NCBI RefSeq assembly: GCF_006345805.1 | Contig: NC_043001.1 | Span: forward strand, 13,206,001-13,270,000 | DNA: 64,000 bases | Direction of reading: 5' to 3' | From: Octopus sinensis | Lineage: Eukaryota | Shown: positions 39,482 through 53,180 of the stretch, one piece after another | How the letters are laid out: every line of letters begins with the position of its first letter | Position numbering within the stretch: position 1 is the stretch's first letter | Notes under the pieces: model-generated | What the model saw: only the letters and a program-made list of their open reading frames with translations | Told to the model about the DNA's origin: nothing | Database searches by the model: none | Made by a program: the position numbers and the translations under genes

Positions 39482-41094
39482 TGTGTGTATTTATGTATGT
39501 ATTTATGTATGTATATATGTATGTTAAATCTTCTTTTAGTAACGACCTAATTAGCTGTATTATTTCTAACTGGCTAATCCTATTGGAAGCAACATTAGAT
39601 TATTTCTCTCCATTTTGCTTTTCATCTATCGTCTACTTTCAGGAACATTATCTTGTTTGATGTTCGTATCCTCTCTGGAACATTTTCAAATATATTTTTA
39701 GAGAAACGCAAATCGACAACACTCTGTTGATTTTATAGTTCTTTTGTAATTTTCTTTAATGTTAAACATACGCACACACACAATACACATACACGCACAC
39801 TCTCTCTATTTCTTTCTCGCTCTCTCTCTTTCTCTCCAGACTCTCTGACTCCCGCATTTTTTTCTATTTATGCATTTCGATCTTGTTACTCTATCACAGT
39901 CGTTTAGTTATCAGTGTCTGGATAATGTTTATAATATCGGTAACACTTTCTACTCCATTTTGCTAATATTGTCTGCAGCTAAGTGTTCCGTTTGCCTTAA
40001 TCTCCTTGTTAGCTAGGATCAATATTTGGGAGATACTTAAGCAGTCTTGTCAACAGATGGAGCTTATGGTTATTTATAATACCACATGTTGGACAAAGAA
40101 GCTACCTGATTTGAAATGTGCTTTATGGTAATTATTCTCGACCTATTTCTCTGCTCGCTCAAAGAGATATTAAATTGCTAAAGATTACGATATCTTCTTC
40201 GTTACAAAATATTGCTTTCTATATTTGTATTTTTATAATTTCTTTTATTTAAACATATTTTTTCTAGTAATTGATAAACAACAGTATTGATTCTTAATTA
40301 TTTTCATATTAATCTTTGAAAACAAATGTTTTTTGTTTTTAATATTTTTTGTTCGTAACGACAAAAAAATGATGTTTTCAATTACAATCCAGTTATGTTA
40401 TTTCAAAATCATAAATTCTAATATATAGAAATAGGCAGCGGCAAATACCCTTTGTTCTTAAATTTTTTACCCTTTGGTAAGAATTTTATTATAAAGACAT
40501 CGCAAATAACGATTGTTCTACAAAATTGAAAACAGGAAATTGATAAATTTCATATTTTATAAAAGAAAGGCTTTACAAACAATAGATTTATTGTCAACAT
40601 ATTTTGTAATCTTATAATAATGCATAGATAGGAAGCCAAAATATATATTTGTTTTACAGCACATATATTTACGTACAATTTTAAGCATTGTACGCAAATC
40701 TGCGTAAGCAAATCGATTAATCAGAATTTTTCAACAATAATCTTAGATTTTCAAGATAAATCTTTCGGAAAATTAACCAGTAACCTGCACTTAAAAATAT
40801 CTGCTATATTTACATTATACTATATTGCGAGTTACGTGAACAGCAAGGAATATTCTAGATTCCTTAATTTGTGTTTTCCGGGGTGATATTTACGCATCGA
40901 TGTACGTGGAATCATTTGACGAATGCTGATTTCCTGGATCGAAATATTATATGGGTATATATCAATATTAATATTTTCATATTTTGTTCGCAAAATAACT
41001 TATATATGAAGAGACAGGTAAATTCTTGTAACAATGTTTCCAAATTTCACCAATTACATATTCACTGGTTTCAAATTTTGGTACAAGGCTAGCA

Positions 41095-41245
41095 ATTTTG
41101 GGGGGAAGGAGAAAGCCGATTACATCGACCCCAGAACTCAACCGGTATTTATTTTATCGACTCAGGCAAAGTCAAATTTGGCGGAATTTTAACTCAGGTC
41201 GCAGAAACGAACGAAATGCAGCTAAGCATTATGTCCGGAGCTCTA
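41095..41245 (-). mobile_element. Degenerate SINE family D
   Basis: CGATTACATCGACCCCAG...TTTTATCGAC...AATTTTAACTCAG...CTAAGCATT. Confidence 0.7.
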
Positions 41246-43932
41246 ACGATTCAGCTAGCTTTCCACCTTACCAATTACGTATTTATTAACAAATTGTTTC
41301 ACATATATTTGCATTGAAAGAAGACAGGGTGCAACGGAAAATGTTCAAGACGCCAGCCACCTTCTCCTACTTTTCACTGAACCCTTTAGCGCACATATGT
41401 GAAAGGGTGGAGTTGCGACAAAACGCTCATCATGAACACTGAATTCAAATTCTCTCCAACGTAGAACCTCTACAGAAACCGTAGCTTCAATAAATGCCAG
41501 TGCATTACCAACCATTGCTTACGAAGTCAATATTCCAGGCAAAGCTGCAAGTTAATGGATATGTTCTCAATTGAAACCTATCTCATCCGGATGAAGCTAG
41601 ACAACAGACATTCAAACATAACCTGATAAAAATGATAATAATATTCTAAATTGTGTAGTTGACGTTAAAATAATTTACAGAATCTGCCATATATATGAAG
41701 TTTACACGTCAGATATTTAGTGATTAGCGACAAACTCTATCAATCCTTCATATTTATATGAATATTTAAAGTACGTTTCAAAACTTTCGTGAGACAATTT
41801 CATTCATTTTTGAAGCCTCAAAGAAGTACATAGAACTGGTGTGCTTCAAAGTAAGATCCTCTGACTTTAATGAATTTGCCGTAGTGCTCCAGAAGTTGTC
41901 CAGGACTCTTGCCACAGCCTCAGTCTCTCCTCAATGTCTTTAACAAGAATGATATATCAGCCGGCTGTTGTGAAAATAACTAAAAAATAATGTAGGTATG
42001 AGAATCCAAAACAAGATAAAGCAATGTACATTATTTACCCACGATACTGCATAATTCTGTTAAAGAAACGTAGGAGATCGGTAAAATATTGTTATTTGGA
42101 TCCTGTATTTTATACACTTATTGTCTGCTATTAATGGTAAAATTTACTATGTTCTGTACAAAATAGACCCGGCTTCTTGAGTCATTTATCATGTCATTTT
42201 TTAATATTTCAGTAAATTACTAAATATTAAATATTTCTTCCTCTTAACGGAGGTTCATAATTTGAAAATATTTTCCACATTTTTTATTATGCATCAGGAT
42301 ATGCGTCAGCGAAAATGTGATGTTGAGAACAAACCTTCCGTATCTGTGTTCATCTGCCTGTATCTGTATTTATTCGCATTAAATTGTATCACCTTGCATC
42401 TTAATGTTTCTTTTTAATAAACCAAACACTGGTGCCATTATATGTTATCGCTTGTCATACAAGTACAATGTTTCTGTTTAGTATAATTAATAATTAAACA
42501 CTAATAAAACATTGACAAACATGTTCTAAAAGAGGCTAAAGTCATTTTTATAACAACGTAATTTTTTTATAAATATATATTAGAGATAATAATCTCGATG
42601 TATTTTTTATTGTAAGAGCATTTATTTATTTATATTTCTTTCCATTCTATTAATGGGTTCCTTTTCCGTTATATAAAATTCAGTTAAATGTATTTCTACT
42701 TTACTACTTTACGACAAAACGACTCCATGTGTAATATTCTTAAGAGTGAAATTAATTGAATTCAAAACAAAAAAAGGAAGCAAATAGCTCATTCAGTGAT
42801 GAAGTAGGTATTATTATGCGGCGATCCTATGGTAAAAAATTTAAAAGAATAAATTATTTCTCATTCTCTCGTAGACGCAAGGCACCATGTTTAAAGCAGA
42901 ATTGAAATTAGAAGCAGTGGCGCCATTCCAGTTTCAATTATATTAGAAGTATTAGTTTTTAAAGTCATGTCCACAAAGAAGAATTAGGTTTTTTTAATCG
43001 CACTCATTTCTAGCCCATATCGTCAAATATTTTGAGAGAATTGATAACATACATAATTAGTTAATCACGATAGAATGGTTAATATGAGAGGTTTAAAATT
43101 GTGTTGAATAATAAATTTAAACTGCAGATTATAGTATATTTTCAAATATAGCATAAGGTTTAGTTTTCAATTTTATTTCTTTTAAATTCAAAAACCTCTT
43201 CCAGTCTATATATTATTTTAATACGTTTATCCGAAGAAAAAATTATTTTATATCTTCAACAGAAAATATCCACAATCATCACATTCAATATAGGTATTTA
43301 ATTTTTACCTGCAGGAAGCTTTTCAATGTGAATAAATACATTTATCATATTTTGACATATTACAACATTGGAAATAAAACTAGGAAATGTTCCGTGTCAA
43401 CTTATGGTAATTCTGAAATGAGAAATAAATTTCAACGTAAGAAACTGGAATTTTAAAAATAAAATGTAAAATAAACTCGCTTTTACTTCATGAGGTTAAG
43501 TAGATTGTCAGTGTAAAGGTTAGAATATTTCGTACTATATGGAAAGCAAGAACTAACAACTTCAATAAATATTATAAACAAAGCTAAAAGTGAGTTGACT
43601 ATATCAACATCTTTAATGTATATCAACATCTTTACTGAAATGACTTCGAAACGGTTCGAGTGTCTGTTTTGCTTTTTCATGTCTGTCAGTACGTTTGTCT
43701 GTCTGCCTTACTTCCTCTCTGACTCTCCCCCTCTCCCGCTCTTCCGCACTCTTTCTCAATCTCTCCCTATCCTTCTCTCATTCATTCCCTTTTTCTTTCT
43801 CTCCTTCACTTACTCCCTCTCCGTCTTTATCGCACAATCTCCCCCGTCTCTCTCTCACCATCTCTCTCCATTTCCCTCTTCATTTCTCTCTCTCTACATC
43901 TCTCTCCATCTCGTTCTGTTCATCTCTTTCCT

Positions 43933-43968
<36 letters not shown>

Positions 43969-44461
43969 TCCCTCTCTGACACTTTCTATTATTCTGCGAG
44001 TTGAAAAGAAAATCGTTTGACTCAACAACATATTTTTATACGAAATATAAATATTATTCGGTTGATGCAAAATATACTTGAAACATTTCCAAATAAGATT
44101 TAAACTTCTATAATTTATTGAATACAATTTTTGTGTTCATTTTATTTCATCCCCTTTCTTTATTTTCTATTTTCTTTTGCTTTTTTCAAATCTAAAACCT
44201 CAACGTTTATAGATGGAATGCACATTTATTATAGCATTTTATATTTTTTATAAATATACTGTGAAGAAAAAATATTTAGGCTTTCTTCATTTATGAAGAA
44301 AAGTTCATATATTTTCACCTTGTGAAATGTTCTTATAGCTTTCAGACAAAAAACACTGCAATATTATTTTCGACCTTTTATTAGTTTCGATGTTTCCCCT
44401 TCAGTTGATTGCTCAGACGATGACACTACTCGCTATTCGTAACAGTGTATACCAGGGATAA

Positions 44462-44670
44462 GGCGACAAGCTGGCATATACGTTAGAGCGCCGGGCAAAA
44501 TGCTTAGATACGTTTCGTCCGTCTTTATATTCTGATTACAAATCCACCGAGGTCAACTTTGTCTTTTATCAATTTCGAAGTCGATAAAATACGTACTATT
44601 TGAACACTGGGTCGACATAGCAGATTTATACCATCATTCGAATTTGCTGGGCTTGAGCCAAAAATTTGAA
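44462..44670 (+). mobile_element. Degenerate SINE family D
   Basis: GGCGACAAGCTGGCA...CGCCGGGCAAAATGCTTAG...GAGGTCAACTTTG...GTCGATAAAAT. Confidence 0.72.
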
Positions 44671-45097
44671 ATCGATATTTTTTTCGGGCTGTTATCCATT
44701 TCGTCGTTTGGCATACAGTTGATGATACTGATGATCTACCTTCCCGTTAATCGTAGATATTCTTTAACTGCCTCCATATTTGCTCATCTGGATTCGTCGC
44801 ATAGCCCCACTTTCCCCTAGGAATTGGTCCCTCGTAAAGACATCGGAGTCTAAGTTTGAATTATGTATGTGTCTCTGCATATGTGTGTGAGTGTGTGTGT
44901 TTACATGATTAGTAGTATGAGATAAGAATTCAAAGAATCGTCCGGCTATTTCAGTAAGCTTCTCTTACAGAATCTGCTGATAATCTTCATGAATCCAAAA
45001 AGATGAAAAACGGTCTTATGTTTGTGACCAGTTGAAGCTGTATCTGACTATATTATAAACATGAGTGGATCGATATATATATATATATATATATATA

Positions 45098-45320
45098 ATC
45101 AAAATAAGCAACAAGGATATGCAAGATAGTGTAGTACAAACGTTTCATGTTACTTCATTTTATTAAACAATGTAAGTATTACATCAGTTTTAAAATGTAG
45201 AGCAATCTTCACCCACATATAGAATTTTTTCAGTTAAATAGACAATGTACATTTTTATACTTTTAAGCATGAAATGATTGTACTACACTATCTTGGGTAT
45301 CCTTGTTGCTTGTTTCGATT
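45098..45320. repeat. Fold-back repeat (~53-bp arms), same family as 31171
   Basis: AATCAAAATAAGCAACAAGGATATGCAAGATAGTGTAGTACAAACGTTTCATG is inverted at 45268-45320. Confidence 0.7.
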
Positions 45321-45916
45321 ATAATCACCCCATTTGATTTATATGGATACTACCATACCAAATTCTGTTGCCTTTAACTTAAGTACCATATTCATCTGAA
45401 TCTAAATTTTGTTGAACTTATATATATACATAGTGAGAGAGAGAGAGACGGAGAAAGGGAGATAGAGGCAGACAGAATTTTGCTTCGCTTCCTTTTCATA
45501 AGTTTAGTGACAGCTCGAGTTCTGCCCAAAAATACTTCTTCTACGGTGCAACGAATAAGATGTCCTTTTTGGAAACTCTTTTCCTGTCAGTTTACCACTT
45601 CCAATATAAGGCTGTAACAAGAGGATTTCATTTCACAAAATTAAACGTGAAAACAATAATATTGAACGAGCTACTGATACGATTACTTTCGAAACTATTA
45701 ATTAAAGGATGTTGTACTTGGTAAATGGTTTTCTTGTTATATAGAATCTTTGAATAAATCTAACAGCAAGCTTCTAAAACAGACATTTGCATAGCATCTG
45801 TCTATGACAGTGTCTTTTCCACAGTCATGGCCTCTATAATCAAATGTTTAATGGAGGCAGTAACAAAACGTAGTCGTAATATATTTCTACACACACACAC
45901 ACTCACACACATACAA

Positions 45917-46022
<106 letters not shown>

Positions 46023-46039
46023 TAACGGGAAGCTTTATG

Positions 46040-46276
46040 AAAATAACAAAAGACGAAGGCAGGTGGAAAACAAACGAACAATTGTATTAGTATGGCGCTC
46101 AGGAAATATAAATAAAACAAGTCTTTAACGTTTCGAGCCTACGCTCTTCAACAGAAAGATACACAGAGAGAGAAAAACACAGAAAGAAGGAGAGAAAAAA
46201 TGCGTGCAGTAGCTAACGAATCAACATGGCGACCTGATTTCGGCCAGAGGTCAAAGATCAAACATGAGACGCGAGA

Positions 46277-46290
<14 letters not shown>
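46040..46290 (-). mobile_element. Penelope-like pLTR (family H2) with hammerhead-like motif at 46122-46159
   Basis: Minus strand TCTTT-CTGTTGA-A-GAGC-GTAG-GCTC-GAAA-CG-TT-AAAGA. Confidence 0.65.
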
Positions 46291-46334
<44 letters not shown>

Positions 46335-46416
46335 TTGTATATGTATATATTATGTGTATTCATATGTATATAAATATATATATATATATATGAATATATA
46401 TAAATATGTACATATA

Positions 46417-46453
<37 letters not shown>

Positions 46454-46477
46454 GTAGATATATGTATATGCATGTAA

Positions 46478-46539
<62 letters not shown>

Positions 46540-46828
46540 TTGTGTGTTTGTATGTATAAACGGTTCATATAAATATAAATGCACACGCACACACGCATAT
46601 ATAAATATATGTATAGATACATGTACATTTATATATATACATTTATATATATACATATATATATTTGTATATATATATATATATATATCTATATATATAT
46701 ATATAGTCGTGTAATAAACAGAAAGTTCTTGCTACATTATTATATATATATATATTTGACAAATTGAATAGAGATGCCAAAAGATCTTTTCTTACAGGTA
46801 TACATAAAAAAAATGAAATATAAGGCCT

Positions 46829-46952
46829 CAGGAGTGGCTATGTGGTCAGTAGCTTGTTTACCAACCACATGGTTCCGGGTTTTCTTCTGTAGCCGTGGAT
46901 CGACAAAATCTTGCGCGTAGATTTGATCGATGGAATCTGAAAGAAGGCACTC

Positions 46953-46958
<6 letters not shown>
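46829..46958 (+). mobile_element. SINE-A 5' fragment
   Basis: CAGGAGTGGCTATGTGGTCAGTAGCTTGTTTACCAACCACATGGTTCCGGGTT. Confidence 0.75.
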
Positions 46959-47011
<53 letters not shown>

Positions 47012-47039
47012 ACTCTTTAAAAAAAAACGAAGAAGAAAT

Positions 47040-47220
47040 ACAAAAAATCAAGAACGCGAGGACTTGATGCATGTAAAGTATTAGCAGACGCTCAGGGAAG
47101 GAAAAAAATTTGGTGTTACATTTCCAGTAAAGCTCTTCTTCAGAAACAGAAGATATAGGAAAATCCAAGTGAAAAGGAAGAAGAAGGAAAAAAAATCGCC
47201 AACGATTCACATGTCATTAC
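47040..47220 (-). mobile_element. pLTR-like repeat (family H4) with degenerate hammerhead at 47113-47149
   Basis: Homologous to 50370-50545. Minus strand CTGTTT-CTGAAGA-A-GAG-CTTTA-CTG-GAAA-TG-TA-ACAC. Confidence 0.55.
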
Positions 47221-47236
47221 ATTTTGAATACATTCA

Positions 47237-47272
<36 letters not shown>

Positions 47273-47599
47273 TAATATTGGCTCCATGTATGTGATTGAA
47301 ATATTTGCTATATAAATAAGCTTGGTGTCAGATAGACGTATTTAAACCAAACTGGTTCAGTTTGCGTCTTTCATACATTCTGTCTTGTTCCCGATTTCAT
47401 GTCAGAGTTCTGAGGGTCTTGAACTCACTATTTTGAGATTGTGGTTTCGATTCCTGGCCGAGCTGTTCATTGTGTTCTTGAACGAAATTTTTCATTTCAC
47501 ATTAATACCTCGTTCCCAGCTTTCTGCAGCCAGCCAAATATGAAGCAAGCCGGCATTCTTGTCAATGGTGATGTGTATTAATATCCTTTCTACTGAAAG

Positions 47600-48022
47600 C
47601 ATAAGGCTTCAACTTTGGGGGAACACATTAAATCGATTACATGGAGCCCAGTGTATAACTGTTACTTATTCAATCGACCCCGAAATGGTTAATGGCAATG
47701 TCGACCTCGGTGGAGACGCATGGCTTAGTGGTTTGGGTATCAGTATCATGATCGTAAGATTGTGGTATCGATTCCTGGACCGTGTGACGTGTTGTGTTCT
47801 TGAGCAAAACACTTCATTTCACCTTGCTCCAGTCCACTCTGCTGGCGAAAATGAGTAACGCTGCGAGGGACTGGCGTCCTGTCCAGCTGGGGAACACATA
47901 CGCCATAGAGACCGGAAAACCGGGACCATGAGCCTGGCTAAGCTTTAAAAGTGCGCATTTATTTATTATTATTTAATGTCGACCCCGACGGAATTTAAAC
48001 TCAGCGGAATTTGAACTCAAAT
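47600..48022. mobile_element. SINE-D (minus) interrupted by a C-headed SINE (47711-47974, plus) with a third 3' block
   Basis: TSD AATGTCGACC at 47697-47706 and 47975-47984, inside the D core. Confidence 0.75.
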
Positions 48023-48509
48023 GTGTTGTAATAATCAGTAGCTTAAATGTTGTAGAGACGGGATTAGGTTCCAGTCTTATGAGTTGTAGGTCTCGTTAAG
48101 AACGAGGTGAAATTTAAAGGGAGATGTTTTCAATGTACAATGATGATACTTTATAAAGGTCACAAGCAATACGTACAAAAGGGCTTCACTAACTGTTGAT
48201 GTGTGACAATTCAACCATCATATTACAATAAAATGTTCCTGAAGTTTCCGCGTCTTTCCATTCGAAATTTAACAACTTCCTACTCACACGTGAACGTACG
48301 TATATATCTATATGTCCGTCCTATGCAATTCAAACTTTAACTTACGCGGCAAATGCCCGGTATTTAGTACTGCTTGTGTATTCTTGTTCGCGTAATAGTT
48401 GCATCATTTTTCTATGAATCTTGGATTGGGAATTTTCACTGAGGACATGCAGAACTAATGTAGAACAGAACTTGCATAAAACTAAATGCTTTATGAACAC
48501 TGCCTCATA

Positions 48510-48741
48510 TTTCTATTTCTTTATTATCCACAAGGGGCTAAACACAGAGAGGACAAACAAGGGCAGACAAACGGATCAAGTCGATTATTTTTACTCCAGT
48601 GCGTGACTGGTACTTATTTAATCGACCCCGAAAGGATGAAAGGCAAAGTCGACCTCGGCGGAATTTGAAGTCAGAACGTAGCGGCAGACGAAATAATGCT
48701 AAGCATTTCGCCCGGCGTGCTAACGATTCTGCCAGCTGCCT
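48510..48741 (-). mobile_element. SINE family D
   Basis: Colinear with 54701-54913 and 60561-60785. Confidence 0.88.
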
Positions 48742-49471
48742 CATATTTCGTTTATCATAGGGTCTTACGTGTGTGCGTGTTTGCGTGCATGTGCGTGTGT
48801 GTGTGAATCTGTGTGCTTGTGTAGGCGTGCGTGTGCGTATGTGGCTGTGTGTATACGTTTGTGTGTGTGTGTGTGTCTTCGATGTAACTTTTATATCTAA
48901 TTTATATCTTATGGGTTATATCAACATGAACTTAATGATTGTAAAATATGATGAATCTAGAAATTGATCGAGTCTGTCATGATTTATTGTTTGAAAAAAT
49001 TCAGATGGAATAAATTGTTTTTCCAAGCAGAAGAGATAAAACTCAGGGATCATTCGTGACTCTTTTTGAAAGGCACGCGCTCCAATGACATTTTTTATAT
49101 GATAGATCAGATTACGGCAATCAACACAATCAGAAATGAAAATATATTTACCAGCATGAAATAAAAAGATTGTACGCGTATTTCCAATTTACGAATTCTG
49201 TTATACCATATTGCTTGAGAAACATTCAAGTAAATTACATCGTAGCAAAATGACTAAGAATGCATTGACAATTGTGATTAGATGACAATGTTTTAGATCT
49301 AACGTGATATGCTTCAACAACACATGTTACCTTCGCCTATACAGGCAAACCACAAACTTTAGTATATCACGCTGTTCGCCTTTTCAGTTAGGCTATAAAC
49401 GAGAATGCATAATCGCTCAGAAATAAGTTGATATGTGTGTATAGTTTCATGTATGTATGTATGTATGTACG

Positions 49472-49552
<81 letters not shown>

Positions 49553-49554
<2 letters not shown>

Positions 49555-49835
49555 GAGGCGCAATGGCCCAGTAGTTAGGGCAGCGGGCTCGCGGTTTCGA
49601 TTCCCAGAGTGATCATTGTGAGTGTTTATTGAGCAAAAACACCTAAAGCTCCACGAGGCTCCGGCAGGGGGTGGTGTACTCTTTCGCCACAACTTTCTCT
49701 CATTCTTTCTTCTGTTGGCCTGCTCGTTTAGCCAGCGGTGTGGCGTCATTTGAAGGCTAAAACAATGCGAAGCACATTGTGACCAGCGATGTATAACAAC
49801 ATCGGATAGTCTGATCGGTCACGGTGATCAGGGTG
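49553..49835 (+). mobile_element. SINE with family-B head and alternative 3' block
   Basis: GGAGGCGCAATGGCCCAGTAGTTAGGGCAGCGG...ACAACTTTCTCTCA, then diverges from family B. Confidence 0.75.
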
Positions 49836-50369
49836 ATATATATATACATACATATGTGAGCAGGTATGCATATACGTTTTTTGTATGGGCGCTAAAAACT
49901 TATATACACTGAAAAGGATGCGTGGCGTTCGATCATATAATAATATAAATAATATATAAATATATACATATATACATACATATATGTACATACCTACATA
50001 TATATTCATATATATATGCATGCATATATGGACACAGGACATCAAGAAAACGTGGAACACAATGAGAAACGAAAACATAAAAGCAAAAACATAGAAAACG
50101 CCCTTTTTTTCGAATATCGAAAAAACAAACAGAGAAAAGTGACATGAAACATAAAGAATATTCTCCTTCGTCAGTTGTTCCTGTTTCATCTACTCCACGC
50201 TCCAAAGGCAAGGACAATACGCGACTTCATTGATACAGTCCTTCCCGCAAAACAAATTAAATAAAATTTAGGATTTTTTGCGAAGTTTGAAAGTGGTAAT
50301 ATGAACAGGGCAGTGAGAACAAAACAGTAAATCCACCCCCCAAAAAACGAAGAACAAACACAAATAAAA

Positions 50370-50545
50370 CATTAACGCGAGGACGTGGTACAGGTAGAGT
50401 ATTAGCAGACGCTCAGTGAAGGAAAGAAAGGGGGTTTTACGTTTCGGACAAAGCTCTTTTTCAGAAACAGAGCAAATTCCAACGGAAAAAGAAGACTGAG
50501 GAAAAAAATCTTCAATGATTCAAATGTGGTTACATTTTGAAATAC
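50370..50545 (-). mobile_element. pLTR-like repeat (family H4) with degenerate hammerhead at 50433-50470
   Basis: Minus strand CTGTTT-CTGAAAA-A-GAG-CTTTG-TCC-GAAA-CG-TA-AAAC. Confidence 0.55.
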
Positions 50546-50749
50546 ACACATTCATACATACATACACGCATGCATACATATATGCATGCAAACATACATA
50601 TATACATGACAATATTTTTATGACGAAACATTGGGGTGCCGAGTGAGATTGTGTTTTAGAAATGCAGAAAATGCCAAACGCATTGGAATAGCAGTGGAAG
50701 CAGCTTAGAGGATCGAGTAAAGTAAACTACCAATGTAGATAATAATCTC

Positions 50750-51750
50750 CTACAGATAATCGAAGTCTTATATAGATAAATATGTAATTATGAGGTCTAT
50801 ACATTCGATTAAAATTTCTTCAACGCAGTACCCCAGTATGTCTGCAGTCTAATTATTAAAACAAGGAAAAAAAGGAAATGAGGTATGCTGTTTTTGTACA
50901 GTTCCTCCAAAAATATAACTGAGGGGGTTTGGTCCTCTTTCACACTATATCTAACGGGTTTTATCGCATGAAGTCTGGTCCTTGGAGAGGTTTTGCCCTG
51001 CACTGTGATTCATCAATCCTTCTCGATGGAGGTTCATAACCTTTTTACTGATGGTAGTGTCTGATTACTAGTGTCAATGATAGTGATATAGAAATAATAA
51101 TGCACACCAGGAAAACCCTGTAATTCCAGAAAGGATCGACCTGAGTCAAACAGACGGCCTCAATACGCTGTTTCAGTGTGCCGATGGGAGCATATGACAG
51201 TGCTATTAACTGCAACCACATAGGATTATATAAAATATGTCTCGGCAGTCAAATATTTCTATATACAAAGATAATACTTTAACCATTCACAGAGGCTTAA
51301 AGGGACACGTTTTGGACAGGCTTAGGAAGGTCCTGATACTCATCCATGGCTCCCTTGATGTTAAGGCTACAAATTGAGACCAACCTTCCTACAGTAAGCT
51401 TTTTATATATTACGCTCAATTTGGACACCGTTCCATACAGGCCTACAAGAAACCTGACGAAAAGCGGTCGTACATTAACACAGCCTTCCGTCACACGCCT
51501 TATTGTGTTGAAAATCACTGAGAGCTGTCAGTGAGAGGATTTCGAGTCCGTCCTGAGAGGTGAATACACAGAAGTACCGTTGGCTTGCCGTGCCCCAAAA
51601 CATGTACCATAGGTGCGGAGCGATAAAAAAAATCAGCCACGTGTCTATAGGCTCTAATTTTTCGAATCCACCGCGCAAATGCGAACTCAACCGGCAGTAA
51701 ATAAATTGTGTTCGATCCCGGCAACCTGCAGCGCCAGATATAGACTGAAA
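50750..51750 (+). pseudogene. Degenerate Penelope-type reverse transcriptase
   Basis: FSVPMGAYDSA (PLE FDVxMGxYDGAE-like) and IETNLPTVSFLYITLNLDTVPYRP (PLE VNFLDVTLNL-like). Confidence 0.7.
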
Positions 51751-52211
51751 TTATTTTATGTCAATCTGTAGATAAAGTCTGCAGAAACCTTGCAGGGTCT
51801 AGGATAACAAGGGAAAAGTTTTTATCTTTCAATCAGTTTCGGAATTACAACAATTAGTGGCTTGGAGTTTTAACTGCTCTTTCTAGTGAGTCAGATATCC
51901 TATTCTTGGGGTATCTCTTATGTGTTCGAATGTACACTGTATTCTTCTCTGAATAATGTATAGACACTTATACATATACTCACGATTACATCTTCAGTTA
52001 CATGTAAGGGAATATACGTCCATTGATCAGCAATACTCATAAATCTTGACAAATCTTAGTGGATACTTCGCCATTCAAAGCTGTTGTGTTTGCCCTAAAT
52101 GGTTAATACCCTCCCAGAATATAAAATACATTACAGGAAATTTCCAACAGAAAGAGAATAGAGCATAGCTGACTCTGTAAGTGATTTCTTTGGCGATGTA
52201 TAATAGTGCAA

Positions 52212-52585
52212 TGGCCCAGTGGTTAGGGCAGCGGACTCGCGGTCGTAGGATCGCGGTTTCGATTCCCAGCCCGGGCTTTGTGAGTGTTTATTGAGCGAAA
52301 ACATCTAAAAGCTCCACGATGCTCCGGCAAGGATGGTGGTGATCCCTGCTGTACTCTTACACCACAACTTTCTCTCACTCTTACTTCCTGTTTCTGTTGT
52401 ACCTGTATTTCAAAGGGCCGGCCTTGTCACTCTCTGTGTCACGCTGAATATCCCCAAGAACTACGTTAAGGGTACACGTGTCTGTGGAGTGCTCAGCCAC
52501 TCACACGTTAATTTCACGAGCAGGCTGTTCCGTTGATTCGGATCAACCGGAAACCTCGTCGTCGTAACCGACGGAGTGCTTCCAA
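52212..52585 (+). mobile_element. SINE family B
   Basis: 12-bp TSD ATAATAGTGCAA (52200-52211, 52586-52597). Confidence 0.92.
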
Positions 52586-52935
52586 ATAATAGTGCAACTC
52601 ACCTACTTCATCTGAACAATAGCCTGTAGATTCCATTTAAATATTGCATTTACAAAGGTAAATCAGATGTTGAAATTATTCCTAAGGTTTGCAGAATATA
52701 GTTCAACGTAGAGAAAATGATTAAGATCAGCAGTCTCAATCCTAAACACATAGAAAATATCTAAATTGTCGGGAAGTTTCTTATCATTTTTTTGAGATCT
52801 TCCTGTTTGGAAAAGATAATTGCCAAGTGATATTAAATTCTTGACCCCCGCAGAATATGTATCGTTGGGAAATGATAGATTCGATTCGCAATCTCTTTCT
52901 CTCTCACACTCTCACATTTGCGGACACTTTCGTAT

Positions 52936-52982
<47 letters not shown>

Positions 52983-53034
52983 ATAAATGTGTGTGTGTGT
53001 ATAGGTGTGTGTGTGCGTCTGTGCGTGTGTGTCT

Positions 53035-53133
53035 ATGTGTTTGTATGTGTGTGTTTGTGTGCGTGTGTATATGTGTATTTATAAGCACACTTATTCGAAA
53101 CTTCACGTGTGTGCGTATGTATGTATATGTATG

Positions 53134-53180
<47 letters not shown>

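Noticed and set aside
41780-41970. Minus-strand GKFIKVRGSYFE, reminiscent of a mariner C-terminus
   Set aside because: One short motif, with no TIR or catalytic motif found. Too weak to call.
44728-44765. CTGATGA-TCTAC...GTAGA hammerhead-like start
   Set aside because: It is followed by TATT instead of GAAA, and there is no stem I or III.
50130-50185. Minus-strand CTGACGA-AGGAG-AATATT-CTTT
   Set aside because: The GAAA and cleavage-site half are missing. It is possibly a decayed motif but is not supportable.
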